A stretch of DNA of 64,000 nt, taken from assembly GCA_963663385.2 (NCBI GenBank), contig CAXXXD010000003.1, positions 1,472,001 through 1,536,000 of the forward strand, given 5' to 3'. The notes under the pieces are model-generated. The model was not told the origin of the DNA. It made no database searches and was given only the letters and a program-made list of their open reading frames with translations. Every line of letters starts with the position of its first letter. The first letter of the stretch is position 1. The translations under genes were made by a program, and so were the position numbers. Of the stretch, positions 1-8,695 are shown piece after piece. Origin of the DNA: Oceanispirochaeta sp. (lineage in GTDB: Bacteria; Spirochaetota; Spirochaetia; DSM-2461).

Positions 1-54
1 TATAACTTACTAAAAAACCAGATTTTTAAGATTCACAGTTGTCCATATTTTCTA

Positions 55-288
55 TCAAAATCCATCCATGGGCAATATTTCTATTAATTCCATTTCCATA
101 ACATTTTTCATGGATTCCGTTCTCTCCTGAAGCATTTTTTCAAATAACCTGGCTTGACGGAATTTTGGTTTCTCTTCGATTTCCAAAAACCTATTATTTC
201 GTATTAATTCAATTTCCTCAAAAAAATCATAGAGGTTGACATTTTGATCCGAGGTATAAATTCGCTGATTTAAAAAAGCATGAGTTCC
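55..288 (-). pseudogene. 3' fragment (77 codons + stop) of the IS-interrupted secreted-protein gene
   Basis: Continues the frame of ORF 2526..3290 across the TTGTGA target duplication (…EQT-SQ-GTHAF…). Confidence 0.85.
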
Positions 289-356
289 TTGTGATGTCAA
301 CAGCGGTGAAAAAGTTCCTCATTTCAACGGTTTAAAAGTTCCGCTTCTGGGTAAAA

Positions 357-1121
357 TTAAACAGGATCAACGATCCCTATTTTCAACCGGTCTTTCATCC
401 GGTATGAATCCCCTTTAAGACTCAGGACATGTGCATGGTGAAGGAGCCTGTCTATAGTCGCTGTCGCAATGGCTTCATCATCCAGAATCTCAGCCCAACG
501 ACCGAAAGACTTGTTTGTGGTGATGATCATACTGCCTTGTTCATAGCGGGTGTTTACAATCTGAAAAAACAAGTTGGCCTGTTCTTTCGTCAGGTTCTCG
601 TAGCCAACTTCATCGATAAGGATGAGATGAGGCTTTCTAAGCCAGGTAAGCCGTCGCTTCAACCGCCCCTGCTCCCGGGCATGGGTCAGATTCTCCATCA
701 GATCGATGCAGCTTGTATACCATACAGTATAACCATTCTGACAGGCTTTATGAGCCAGAGCTAGCATCAAATGGGTTTTACCCAATCCACTTGGCCCCAT
801 CAGTACTAGATTTTCCTTTCTTTCAATGAAAGCCAGACTAGAAAACTCTGCCAGTTGAGCAGCGGTCAATCCTCCCTTCAACCAGGATAGGTCGAAGTCC
901 TCTAATAGCTTGATCGATGGCATTCCAGAGAGCTTCAGACGGCTTTTTGCAGCTCTCTCCTTACGGGGAACGTACTCCAGTTCCAATAGGTCTGCAATTG
1001 ACTGAGAGAGAGTGTTTTCTGTGTGAGATTGAGCTTCAAGGAAGCTCTCCAACCCCGCCGCCATAAACTCCAGCCCTAAGTCGTTCATCCTGATCTCTAT
1101 GGTCTCCTGCAGTACATTCAT
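357..1121 (-). CDS. istB: IS21 helper AAA+ ATPase IstB
   Basis: Walker A GPSGLGKT, Walker B LILIDEVGY, IITTN, DRLLHH; ATGA overlap with istA. Confidence 0.95.
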   Translation of the reverse strand: MNVLQETIEIRMNDLGLEFMAAGLESFLEAQSHTENTLSQSIADLLELEYVPRKERAAKSRLKLSGMPSIKLLEDFDLSWLKGGLTAAQLAEFSSLAFIERKENLVLMGPSGLGKTHLMLALAHKACQNGYTVWYTSCIDLMENLTHAREQGRLKRRLTWLRKPHLILIDEVGYENLTKEQANLFFQIVNTRYEQGSMIITTNKSFGRWAEILDDEAIATATIDRLLHHAHVLSLKGDSYRMKDRLKIGIVDPV

Positions 1122-2401
1122 GCTGTTACCCCCATAAGCTTGTCGTAGCTTTCAGGATGGCGTGTATCAACCTCTGTATGCATCAATGATGACCTGGGAG
1201 TATTCTTTATTTCCGGGACACTGGCAACGACATTCCTTTTTGTCATGCGATTCTCTTTCTTCCAGCGTTTAACCAGTGAGTCGGTATCAATCTTTCGGAT
1301 AGATTCTAATTTCGCACCTTTTGTCAGAAGCTTGAAGGTTCTAACAGGGGCCCCATCAATGAAGATAGCGGCAGTTCTTGCCAGCGTATCTACTTTCAGT
1401 GTCGCAACTTGTCCTATGAAGTCCGCGGGAATGCTGTACTTGTTTGATTCAAAACGAATAAACCCTTCTCTGGAGACAAGCAGTTCTTTAACCAGCCTTA
1501 CATCTGGAGCTGCCTCAGGGTTCCAAGGGTTCATAAACTGCCTTTCGTACTCAAATCTCTCTTTTCGAGTCTGTTTAAATTGGCTCATCTGCTGTTCCAC
1601 TACTGTTTTGATCCATTTGGAGACAGTCAGGTTTAAATCGTTTATTGAGCGGCTCTTCATTGCTTCTTCACGGATCAAGAAGTTGTGGCCCAGGTAACCG
1701 ATAAAACGCTCTACCTTTCCCTTAGTTTGCGGTCTACGAACTTGGCAGCGAAGAGGAGTGAAACCACAGGCTGAAGCAAAGGCCAGGAGCTTTGAGTTCA
1801 CGTGCCAGACACCGCCGTTGTTGTACCAGGCTGTTCTCATGTTGTCGTAAAGAATTTCCTTCGGAACAGCACCGAAGAACCGGAATGCCATCAGATGGGC
1901 TTGGAGCAATGTCGGCGAGGTCATATCCAAGGAGAAAAGGACAAACGGGATCCTACTATATCCCAGCAGCATGACAAATGCATATACTTTCTGAAGTTTG
2001 CCATCAATCTCCATTTTTCCGCATTCTTTCCAGTCAACTTGGGCCTGTCTTCCCGGCTCTGTTTCAAAGCGGATTACTGCTTTCTCAATCAGTTTCTTCC
2101 TGTACTTCCGGGCATAGTCACGTAGGATTGTCATTTTTCCAGAATAACCGGAGTTTTGTAGTCTCTCATGAAGATAAACGAGGTTGAAGTATGGATCATT
2201 TTCCAAGGTATCTTCTATTATGGGGTAGAATGGTTTAAGGATGCTTTCCCGGGATTTCCTGGGACGGGTTCTGAAGTCCGGATTCAGGTATTTCCTTACC
2301 ATCCGGTCGCTGACACCAAGATACTCAGCGATATACTTTTGAGTATGGCCTTCGTTGGCCATGATGCGTGCTACATGCATGCGATCTTCCTTTTGACACA
2401 T
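1118..2401 (-). CDS. istA: IS21 transposase IstA
   Basis: N-terminal HTH; RFETEPGRQAQVDW, ILYDNM, RPQTKGKVER (DDE). Confidence 0.95.
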   Translation of the reverse strand: MCQKEDRMHVARIMANEGHTQKYIAEYLGVSDRMVRKYLNPDFRTRPRKSRESILKPFYPIIEDTLENDPYFNLVYLHERLQNSGYSGKMTILRDYARKYRKKLIEKAVIRFETEPGRQAQVDWKECGKMEIDGKLQKVYAFVMLLGYSRIPFVLFSLDMTSPTLLQAHLMAFRFFGAVPKEILYDNMRTAWYNNGGVWHVNSKLLAFASACGFTPLRCQVRRPQTKGKVERFIGYLGHNFLIREEAMKSRSINDLNLTVSKWIKTVVEQQMSQFKQTRKERFEYERQFMNPWNPEAAPDVRLVKELLVSREGFIRFESNKYSIPADFIGQVATLKVDTLARTAAIFIDGAPVRTFKLLTKGAKLESIRKIDTDSLVKRWKKENRMTKRNVVASVPEIKNTPRSSLMHTEVDTRHPESYDKLMGVTA

Positions 2402-2525
2402 AGGGGCAGGTTCCTTTTGTAGTAGGTGTGGTAATCTCTACTTTAGGATATTTGCCCCTTTTTATGTCAGTAAAAGCGGAACTTTTTCGCCGCTGAATGT
2501 AGGAACTCTAGCACCGTTGCTCACA

Positions 2526-3290
2526 TTGTGATGTCTGTTCTGAAAATATATCCTCAAGAGTAATATCTTTCAATGATCCCTTTCTTGGTTTATACCTAAA
2601 ACCACTATCAGTATCATTATCAGTTTTATTATCAATATATGGATTCATGTAAATATTATAGATATCTACACCATTAATTAGGATTGGTTCATCAAAGTGA
2701 AAATACCAGAACCAATTATTTGATCTAAAATTAAACATACTAAATGGATGATGAACAGCTATTGGTTCTTTCTTTATTTTAATACTTAAATAATCCTCAA
2801 GATATTTCTTGGCATCTTTTACTGGAATCATGTAAATTGTATTCATCATAATGTTTCCAATCCCTGTTGATGAACTAACTGACCAGGCTCCTTTGTCTTT
2901 ATCAAAAATGGGAGTAATAACTTGAGCTGCTGCCAGGCTACCATCATAGTAATAAACTGGGACATAGAAGTAATAAAGATCATTTACATCCATACTTAAT
3001 AAATTATCATATCTTCTTACTAATAAAGGCTTTCCAATTCGAGCAATGTCAGTTGATAGGTGGTCTTTTCCCAATTCTCCAACATTTCGAAATGTCCATT
3101 TTTTAAACTCTTTTACTGCAAAAGATAGAAGCTCATTTTCAGAATAAACTCCGGGGATTTGTCTTTCTGATGAAATCTCAATGTCTTCCTGTAAATAACC
3201 TCTAAAGTTTTCATCTGCTGAAAGGTTTTCATGAGCTCCTGCACAGGCAAATTCCAAAAATACAATTACCAAGAGTAGTCCTTTTTTCAC
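2526..3290 (-). pseudogene. 5' part (255 codons) of an AT-rich secreted/lipoprotein-like gene interrupted by IS21
   Basis: Signal-like MKKGLLLVIVFLEFAC; the last 5 residues of the tracked ORF (CEQRC) come from IS sequence. Confidence 0.8.
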
Positions 3291-3403
3291 ACTGTACCTC
3301 GCATTTCTGTAAAAACATCAAACTATGATTAAACATTCTCTCATTTACTATGTATGCATTTATTCATTATTGATAGATTTAATATATCTTTCCTGCTTGG
3401 AAT

Positions 3404-3524
3404 TTAACTTTTCTTGCACTTCTCCGCTACAACCTCAGCAGACTGCCCGATATCATACCCACCCAGAGCAATCTTAAGAATACCCATCAATTCCAGTTGG
3501 ATATCATCAGCATTTTATGGAGGA
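3404..3524 (-). pseudogene. 3TM holin (GTA_holin_3TM-like) C-terminal remnant, copy C
   Basis: Manual translation P*NADDIQLELMGILKIALGGYDIGQSAEVVAEKCKKS* resembles the family C-terminal LGGYxxGRSxEK motif. Confidence 0.65.
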
Positions 3525-3740
3525 TCTCTTAGATATTCTCAATCGAATCTTCCCTCTCATGTATCTGATCCAAAATGTGTATACATTACAAATTCTAAAA
3601 AATTGTAGAAACTGTTTTATATTCTATAACATAAGCAATTAATTTATATAAGAATTGTATTATGCTGAATAAAATACTATCTTTTACTAATATCATAGAA
3701 AATATTTTTCTAAAGAGAATTACTATTGTAAGGAAGGTAA

Positions 3741-4688
3741 TTGATGCGTTTAAGGTCATTTATCAAGTTTTATCTATTAGTACTGTTATTTAATATTTGT
3801 TTCGCTGGAGGGATACCTGAAATTCGTACAATTCCTAATACCACTCTTAAAGGAAATGTTAGGTCTTTAGAATATTCATTAACTGATGGTATGTATCAAA
3901 GAGAATTCCCTGAATCAGATCTAGACTTTCACCCAATAACATCGATTCAATCTGTCTCAATAGTATTTGGTATAACTAAGATTGTTTGGAAGTATAACCA
4001 TAGTGATCAAGAAATAAGTAAAACGACAACTTCTTTACGTTCAGATGTATCTGAAACTATTATTCGACCATACCATTCTTTAGCTCGTTCCTATTTCAGG
4101 AGTTCTTTTAATAAAGTCCTTTCTTCTGACTCAGGCTTAAGAGTTTTTAATAAATATACTTATACTACCCCATTTTACAAAGATGATGAAAGATTGGTTT
4201 CATCAAAATCAACATATGTATTTGAAAGTAAGAATCTTATTCAATACTCATATAATCGTTACGAACCCACGGATTCATATATAAATATTAAAAGAGGAGA
4301 ACCTTATAATAATAAATTTCTTGAACCAGATTATTTCGAAGAACACTACTATTCCTATCAAGATAATATATTAAGGAAGGAAATTGCTTATTTTCGAAAT
4401 GGAATGATGTATGTTAAGCAACTAATTTTTTTTGATGCGAATCAAAATTTGGAAAAAGAATATAAATACTTCCAGAGCGATACTAAGGGTACCTCCCATA
4501 TAATCGAAAGACAATATGATTATACATATGATAGAATTGGCAACTGGGTTAAAATGAACTGTTCAATAAGAGAATATACATATGTAACTGAAGATGGTGT
4601 GCTTATCTTTGAAGAAAATATTCCAGAACTAGAAGACATATCTTTTCAACACTTATACACAGTCGATCGAGTTATTACATATTATTAG
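3741..4688 (+). CDS. AT-rich secreted protein with YD/RHS-like beta repeats
   Basis: Signal peptide; LKGNVRS near N-terminus; C-terminal YDYTYDRIGNW…RVITYY; Tyr-rich. Confidence 0.65.
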   Translation: MMRLRSFIKFYLLVLLFNICFAGGIPEIRTIPNTTLKGNVRSLEYSLTDGMYQREFPESDLDFHPITSIQSVSIVFGITKIVWKYNHSDQEISKTTTSLRSDVSETIIRPYHSLARSYFRSSFNKVLSSDSGLRVFNKYTYTTPFYKDDERLVSSKSTYVFESKNLIQYSYNRYEPTDSYINIKRGEPYNNKFLEPDYFEEHYYSYQDNILRKEIAYFRNGMMYVKQLIFFDANQNLEKEYKYFQSDTKGTSHIIERQYDYTYDRIGNWVKMNCSIREYTYVTEDGVLIFEENIPELEDISFQHLYTVDRVITYY

Positions 4689-4700
4689 TTATAAATTTTT

Positions 4701-4834
4701 ATCTTAAGAATACCCATCAATTACAGCTTAATCTCATCAGTAATGTATGGAGGAATCTTCCCGAAGAAGATCATCTTAATTATATAGACATTCAAGAGTT
4801 TAACAACGAATGCCAATTTCTACAGCCAGCTCTC
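4701..4834 (-). pseudogene. 3TM holin middle remnant, copy B
   Basis: Homologous to 6352-6388 (ESWL…NW) and to 3471-3524 (46/54 nt identical); reads …IFFGKIPPYITDEIKL*LMGILKI. Confidence 0.6.
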
Positions 4835-6213
4835 AGGTCAGATGCTGAATACTTGCCGCTGTCCAGACAGAAGTGTACTGACTTTTCCAGTATCTCCTGC
4901 TCAAAACCCGCTTCCAGAAAGCGAATCAGCTGCTCATGTTGATCTCGGAAGTACCGTTTGAACACTCTGTAGTTCTCTTCTACAAAGGTGGTCCATGATC
5001 CGGAAGAGATCTTGCCAAGTAAGCCCTTTTTCAACTCTGATGGCTTTACAGAGGTGTTTCTGAAGTGGTTTTTCTGTATGACAGTTTCTCCGGGAAGCGA
5101 CGATATTCTGTGACGGGCGATCTCCTTCCCGTCCGGTCCGTCATAGATCAATAAATCCTGTTTGGTACAGTAAATCCAGACTGTTCTCTTTCGAAAATCC
5201 ATGGGGACGGAGTAGAGGCTCCCCCTGACACAGATCAGGCACTTTTCTGATACTTTTCTATCCTCCCGCTCCAGGATATGGTCTCTGCTGTAGATGGAAG
5301 AGCGGAGAGGCGCCAACTGCTCCTGTTCTCTTTCCAGAAGATTCGCAGGAATGATATCCGTTGCCTGACAGATTTTTCCGTTCGCTCTTCGAACCAGCCA
5401 TTGATCCAATCGGGGAGCAATCTCGTCGAAGGAAGAGAATCTCCTTCCTGAGAAGAAGCTGGTCTTTACGAACTTCACCAGATTCTCCACTTTCCCTTTC
5501 GATTCCCGATCGGCCTTCCGGCAGACATACAGAGAGAAGCCCATCTCGTCTCGGAGATCCTTAAACTGCCGCGTCAGAATGATATCACCGGCATTTTCAC
5601 TCACCACCAGCGCACGATCCTGATCGATGACGATCTCTTTCGGGATCCCCCCGATGTATTCAAAACAATCCAGCAGGTGATGAATGATATCGATGGTTCT
5701 AAACGGTCTTCTTTGAACCGAAACATATCTGTAGCGGCTGGCTGAGAGTACTGATGCGAAAATGTAAACCTTCTCTCCGGATGCAATGGCAATCTCACCG
5801 AAATCCAACTGCATCTGCTGTCCGAAAGGCAGATCCTCTACCGGCGTGTGCAACCGGATGGGAATGTTTTCATAGAACTGTCCAGTCTCAGCCAGGTAGC
5901 TGATGTAATTCCGCAGGGTCCGCTCAGATCCAGGGAGCTGTCCGTGTTTCTCCTCCAGGACGTCATAGATCGATGATTTGTATACTTTATTTTCGTTCTT
6001 CCGGTAGATTTTGATAATTTCATCCTTGTAGGGATCAAATCTCTTTACCTTGTCTTCCAGTGATGTCTTGTACTGCAGATAGGCATTTGAATCCATTTTG
6101 AAGTATTTGGTGACAGTTTTACGGGAAAGTCCCAGTTTTATTGCTGTCTGCCTGATACTCATCTTCCGGTTCTTGCATTTTTTGATTTTCTGGTACATGT
6201 TCATAGCAACCAT
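4792..6213 (-). CDS. istA: IS21 transposase IstA, probably 3'-truncated
   Basis: HTH; QMQLDFG, IVIDQD, ESKGKVEN; last ~13 residues come from the holin remnant. Confidence 0.85.
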   Translation of the reverse strand: MVAMNMYQKIKKCKNRKMSIRQTAIKLGLSRKTVTKYFKMDSNAYLQYKTSLEDKVKRFDPYKDEIIKIYRKNENKVYKSSIYDVLEEKHGQLPGSERTLRNYISYLAETGQFYENIPIRLHTPVEDLPFGQQMQLDFGEIAIASGEKVYIFASVLSASRYRYVSVQRRPFRTIDIIHHLLDCFEYIGGIPKEIVIDQDRALVVSENAGDIILTRQFKDLRDEMGFSLYVCRKADRESKGKVENLVKFVKTSFFSGRRFSSFDEIAPRLDQWLVRRANGKICQATDIIPANLLEREQEQLAPLRSSIYSRDHILEREDRKVSEKCLICVRGSLYSVPMDFRKRTVWIYCTKQDLLIYDGPDGKEIARHRISSLPGETVIQKNHFRNTSVKPSELKKGLLGKISSGSWTTFVEENYRVFKRYFRDQHEQLIRFLEAGFEQEILEKSVHFCLDSGKYSASDLRAGCRNWHSLLNS

Positions 6214-6338
6214 TTTGAGTCTGTCCGTCCTGTATGTTGTGGTGACTAAACAGTAACGGATAGACTCATTTTTTTTCTACCACTGGTGGGGCATTTCTGT
6301 TTGCCACCCTATGGGTAATTCAGGTTACCATTTCCACA
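4835..6338 (-). mobile_element. Truncated IS21-family element (one end + istA, no istB)
   Basis: End TGTGGAAATGGTAACC… at 6338 with tandem internal repeats; istA runs into non-IS (holin) sequence at about 4834. Confidence 0.8.
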
Positions 6339-6581
6339 AATAAACCCAGCATAACAACCAGCCGCCAATTCCTCTGCAGCCAGCTCTCCCCTTTCGCCTC
6401 TGCAATGATAACCTCAGACTGAGCCTTCTTCACTTCCGATTCAATCTGCAGAGCCTTGGCTTCCAGCTCGGCCCGTTTCTCTGCAGGAACTTCATTGGTA
6501 ATTGGCTGTCCTAATATCCATGGCTAATGTGCCGGCCCCTTCCAGGCTTCCCTTCATAGTATCTCCGCCTGATTCAAACAT
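6339..6581 (-). pseudogene. 3TM holin N-terminal remnant, copy A (frameshifted, cut by IS21)
   Basis: MFESGGDT…MDIRTA/(frameshift)ITNEVPAEKRAELEAKALQIESEVKKAQSEVIIAEAKGESWLQRNWRLVVMLGL; EAxxESWLQRNWR is a family-typical motif. Confidence 0.72.
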
Positions 6582-6689
6582 TGATCTCTGATTCCAAATA
6601 ATCAGTAACAGGTAAAATATTTAATATTCCTGTAATTGAAGCTACATGATGAAATCAGAAGTTATATATAGAAAACACCATTTGGAAAA

Positions 6690-6718
6690 TTGACTATACA
6701 ACATATATATTGTATCAT
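6690..6718 (+). promoter_or_regulatory. sigma70 promoter of hicAB with an overlapping operator-like inverted repeat
   Basis: TTGACT-17-TATCAT; ATACAA-N8-TTGTAT at 6696-6715. Confidence 0.65.
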
Positions 6719-6730
6719 ATAAGAGGACTT

Positions 6731-6916
6731 ATGACCGGAAAAGAAGTAATAAAAATACTTCAGAAAAATGGATGGGAACTGGAGAGAATTAACGGGTCAC
6801 ACCATATCATGTGGAAAGAAGGATACCGATCGGTTCCCGTTCCGGTCCATGGTAAAAAAGATTTAGGTCCGGGATTGCTTAATTCCATATTTAAACAAGC
6901 CGGAATCAGGAGGTAA
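6731..6916 (+). CDS. hicA: HicA mRNA interferase toxin
   Basis: LQKNGW…GSHH…VPVHGKKDL; ATG at 6731 after AGAGG. Confidence 0.92.
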   Translation: MTGKEVIKILQKNGWELERINGSHHIMWKEGYRSVPVPVHGKKDLGPGLLNSIFKQAGIRR

Positions 6917-6920
6917 TAAA

Positions 6921-7343
6921 ATGAAATATTACTGTCAATTAATAGCAGAAGAAGATGGCTATTTTGTAGAGTTTCCCGATCTGCCAAATGTATTTACAGA
7001 AGGTAGTACAGTTGAAGAGTCAATCCAAAACGCCTATGAAGCTCTTAATGGTGTTTTGGAAGTGGATGTAGCCCATGGCCAACTACCAGAAGAACCTGTA
7101 ACACGGGGATCGAATCTCTATCCCATTGAAGTAGCCACCCATATAGATATTGCCATACAACTAAGAAAACTTAGAGGTAAAAACTCACAGGATACTATTG
7201 CTTCAAAACTTGGCCTGACATATCAGGCTTATCAAAGACTGGAAAATCCATTAAAAAGCAATCCCACTGTAAAAACCCTCGAGAAACTGGCCAAAGCCAT
7301 GGGAGAACCATTAAGTATCAGGATTGGTTCGCCTACTGTTTAA
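6921..7343 (+). CDS. hicB: HicB antitoxin with C-terminal XRE HTH
   Basis: YFVEFPDLP…TEGST.EE…A.EAL; C-terminal HTH with NPTVKTL. Confidence 0.92.
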   Translation: MKYYCQLIAEEDGYFVEFPDLPNVFTEGSTVEESIQNAYEALNGVLEVDVAHGQLPEEPVTRGSNLYPIEVATHIDIAIQLRKLRGKNSQDTIASKLGLTYQAYQRLENPLKSNPTVKTLEKLAKAMGEPLSIRIGSPTV

Positions 7344-7549
7344 TCATCTATTAGAAATACTTCATTCCTGGTACACTACTACATGTAATAACCTAGTCTC
7401 TGCTTTCTCAGAATGCCCATGTAACAGATCATTACTCGTTTTTGAGGGAATACCCCGACTATTACAAAACGGAGCCTCTGAGAGGCCTTAAGGCCGCAGA
7501 AAAGTTTATTTAAAGTGAGCGGTACTATCCTAAATCAGAGACAGGGCAT

Positions 7550-7579
7550 AAAAAAAGACCCTGTCCGAAGACAAGGTCT
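7550..7579 (-). terminator. Intrinsic terminator after tRNA-Val(GAC)
   Basis: AGACCTTGTC-TTCG-GACAGGGTCT followed by a T tract on the minus strand. Confidence 0.8.
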
Positions 7580-7610
7580 AATATTTCTTTACTATAAATG
7601 GCTTTATTTA

Positions 7611-7684
7611 TGGGGAGCGGCGGATTCGAACCGCCGACACCATGCATGTCGAGCATGTACTCTAACCAGCTGAGCTAGCCCCCC
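7611..7684 (-). tRNA. tRNA-Val(GAC), CCA not encoded
   Basis: Cloverleaf GGGGGGCTAGCTCAGCTGG…CATGC-TCGACAT-GCATG…GGTTCGAATCC…GCTCCCCA; upstream TTGACA-16-TAAAAT. Confidence 0.95.
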
Positions 7685-7735
7685 TTAGGAATCACCATTT
7701 TACAGGTATTCGCTTTTTTGTCAATAATATTTGGA

Positions 7736-8170
7736 TTATTTTATTGCGCTAATCACTCTTTCCAGAACTTTTTTTCTGTCCAGGGGTTTTACAATATAGT
7801 TTTTGGCTCCCAGCATAAGAGATTTCTTTACAAGATCCTGTTTTCCCAGGGCACTTACCATTACGACATTGGCATCTTTATCGAATTCAATTATTTTTTC
7901 AAGAGCTGTAACGCCGTCCATCCGGGGCATAGTAATATCCATTGTTACAAGATCAATTTCAGGATAGATTTCCTTGTATTTCTCTACGCCCTCGGCACCA
8001 TCGGCAGCTGTGGCTACAATATCAAATCCCTCGGAAGTGAGAATCTGACTAATCTGCTTGGTAACAAACATGGAATCGTCCACAATTAAAACACGTATAG
8101 CCTTTCCATCGTTTTTCAGGCCTTCGGGCACTCTTTCATTAATTGAAGGAAAATCACTGGTTGTTTTCAT
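7736..8170 (-). CDS. cheY: Chemotaxis response regulator CheY (CheY3-like)
   Basis: Stand-alone REC: VDDS, MDITMP, KP; last gene of cheA-W-X operon. Confidence 0.9.
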   Translation of the reverse strand: MKTTSDFPSINERVPEGLKNDGKAIRVLIVDDSMFVTKQISQILTSEGFDIVATAADGAEGVEKYKEIYPEIDLVTMDITMPRMDGVTALEKIIEFDKDANVVMVSALGKQDLVKKSLMLGAKNYIVKPLDRKKVLERVISAIK

Positions 8171-8171
8171 A

Positions 8172-8642
8172 TCAAGCTCCTACTCTCTCTCTTATCGCAA
8201 CGTTTATTTCAACTTTACCATGAGGCAGGCCCAGAGGAACGATCAGCGCTTCAACATTCAGATCAGACACCTGCATATTATCACCTGTAATAATTGCGGG
8301 AGGAGTTAAATCAAACTTAAATCCCAAATCGTGCAGTTTTGTAACAGCCTGAGCTGTTATCATATTTGCCAATTCAGTAATAGTTGCTTTCACCAGCTCA
8401 TCCATTTCGGATAATTCTTCTCCATTCATGGTAGAGGCTACTTTAATTGCTGTATCAAGATTCATATCAATCAGGACGCGCCCTTCAACATCTCCGGCTA
8501 ATCCTACAATGGCTGCCACTCCCATTACAGGCTGAGTGGATTTTTTTAAATACAGTTCTTCTCGGTTTACTTCAGTCTGCAGAACCTCTTTCATAATATT
8601 GAAAGCAGATTCGACAAAAGGATTAATATACTCGACTCTCAT
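8172..8642 (-). CDS. cheX: CheY-P phosphatase CheX
   Basis: MRVEYINPF…ELANM (ExxN)…TPP. Confidence 0.93.
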   Translation of the reverse strand: MRVEYINPFVESAFNIMKEVLQTEVNREELYLKKSTQPVMGVAAIVGLAGDVEGRVLIDMNLDTAIKVASTMNGEELSEMDELVKATITELANMITAQAVTKLHDLGFKFDLTPPAIITGDNMQVSDLNVEALIVPLGLPHGKVEINVAIRERVGA

Positions 8643-8695
8643 GCAGCTATTCTCCTAATCTTCCCTTAATTATATACTATCAAACTCAGATTTTT

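Larger units (their letters stand above)
295..2525 (-). mobile_element. Complete IS21-family insertion sequence (2231 bp)
   Basis: istA+istB; imperfect terminal IRs TGTCAACAGCGGTGAAAAAGTTCC / TGTGAGCAACGGTGCTAGAGTTCC (reverse complement of right end), each with a second internal copy; TTGTGA direct repeats at 289-294 and 2526-2531. Confidence 0.93.

Noticed and set aside
3414..3608. 64-aa plus-strand ORF
   Set aside because: Antisense to holin remnant C; no RBS or protein-like features
3291..4790. Integron cassette (attC) explanation for the AT-rich genes
   Set aside because: No convincing attC palindromes with RYYYAAC/GTTRRRY ends and no integrase; the flanking repeats are better explained as holin fragments
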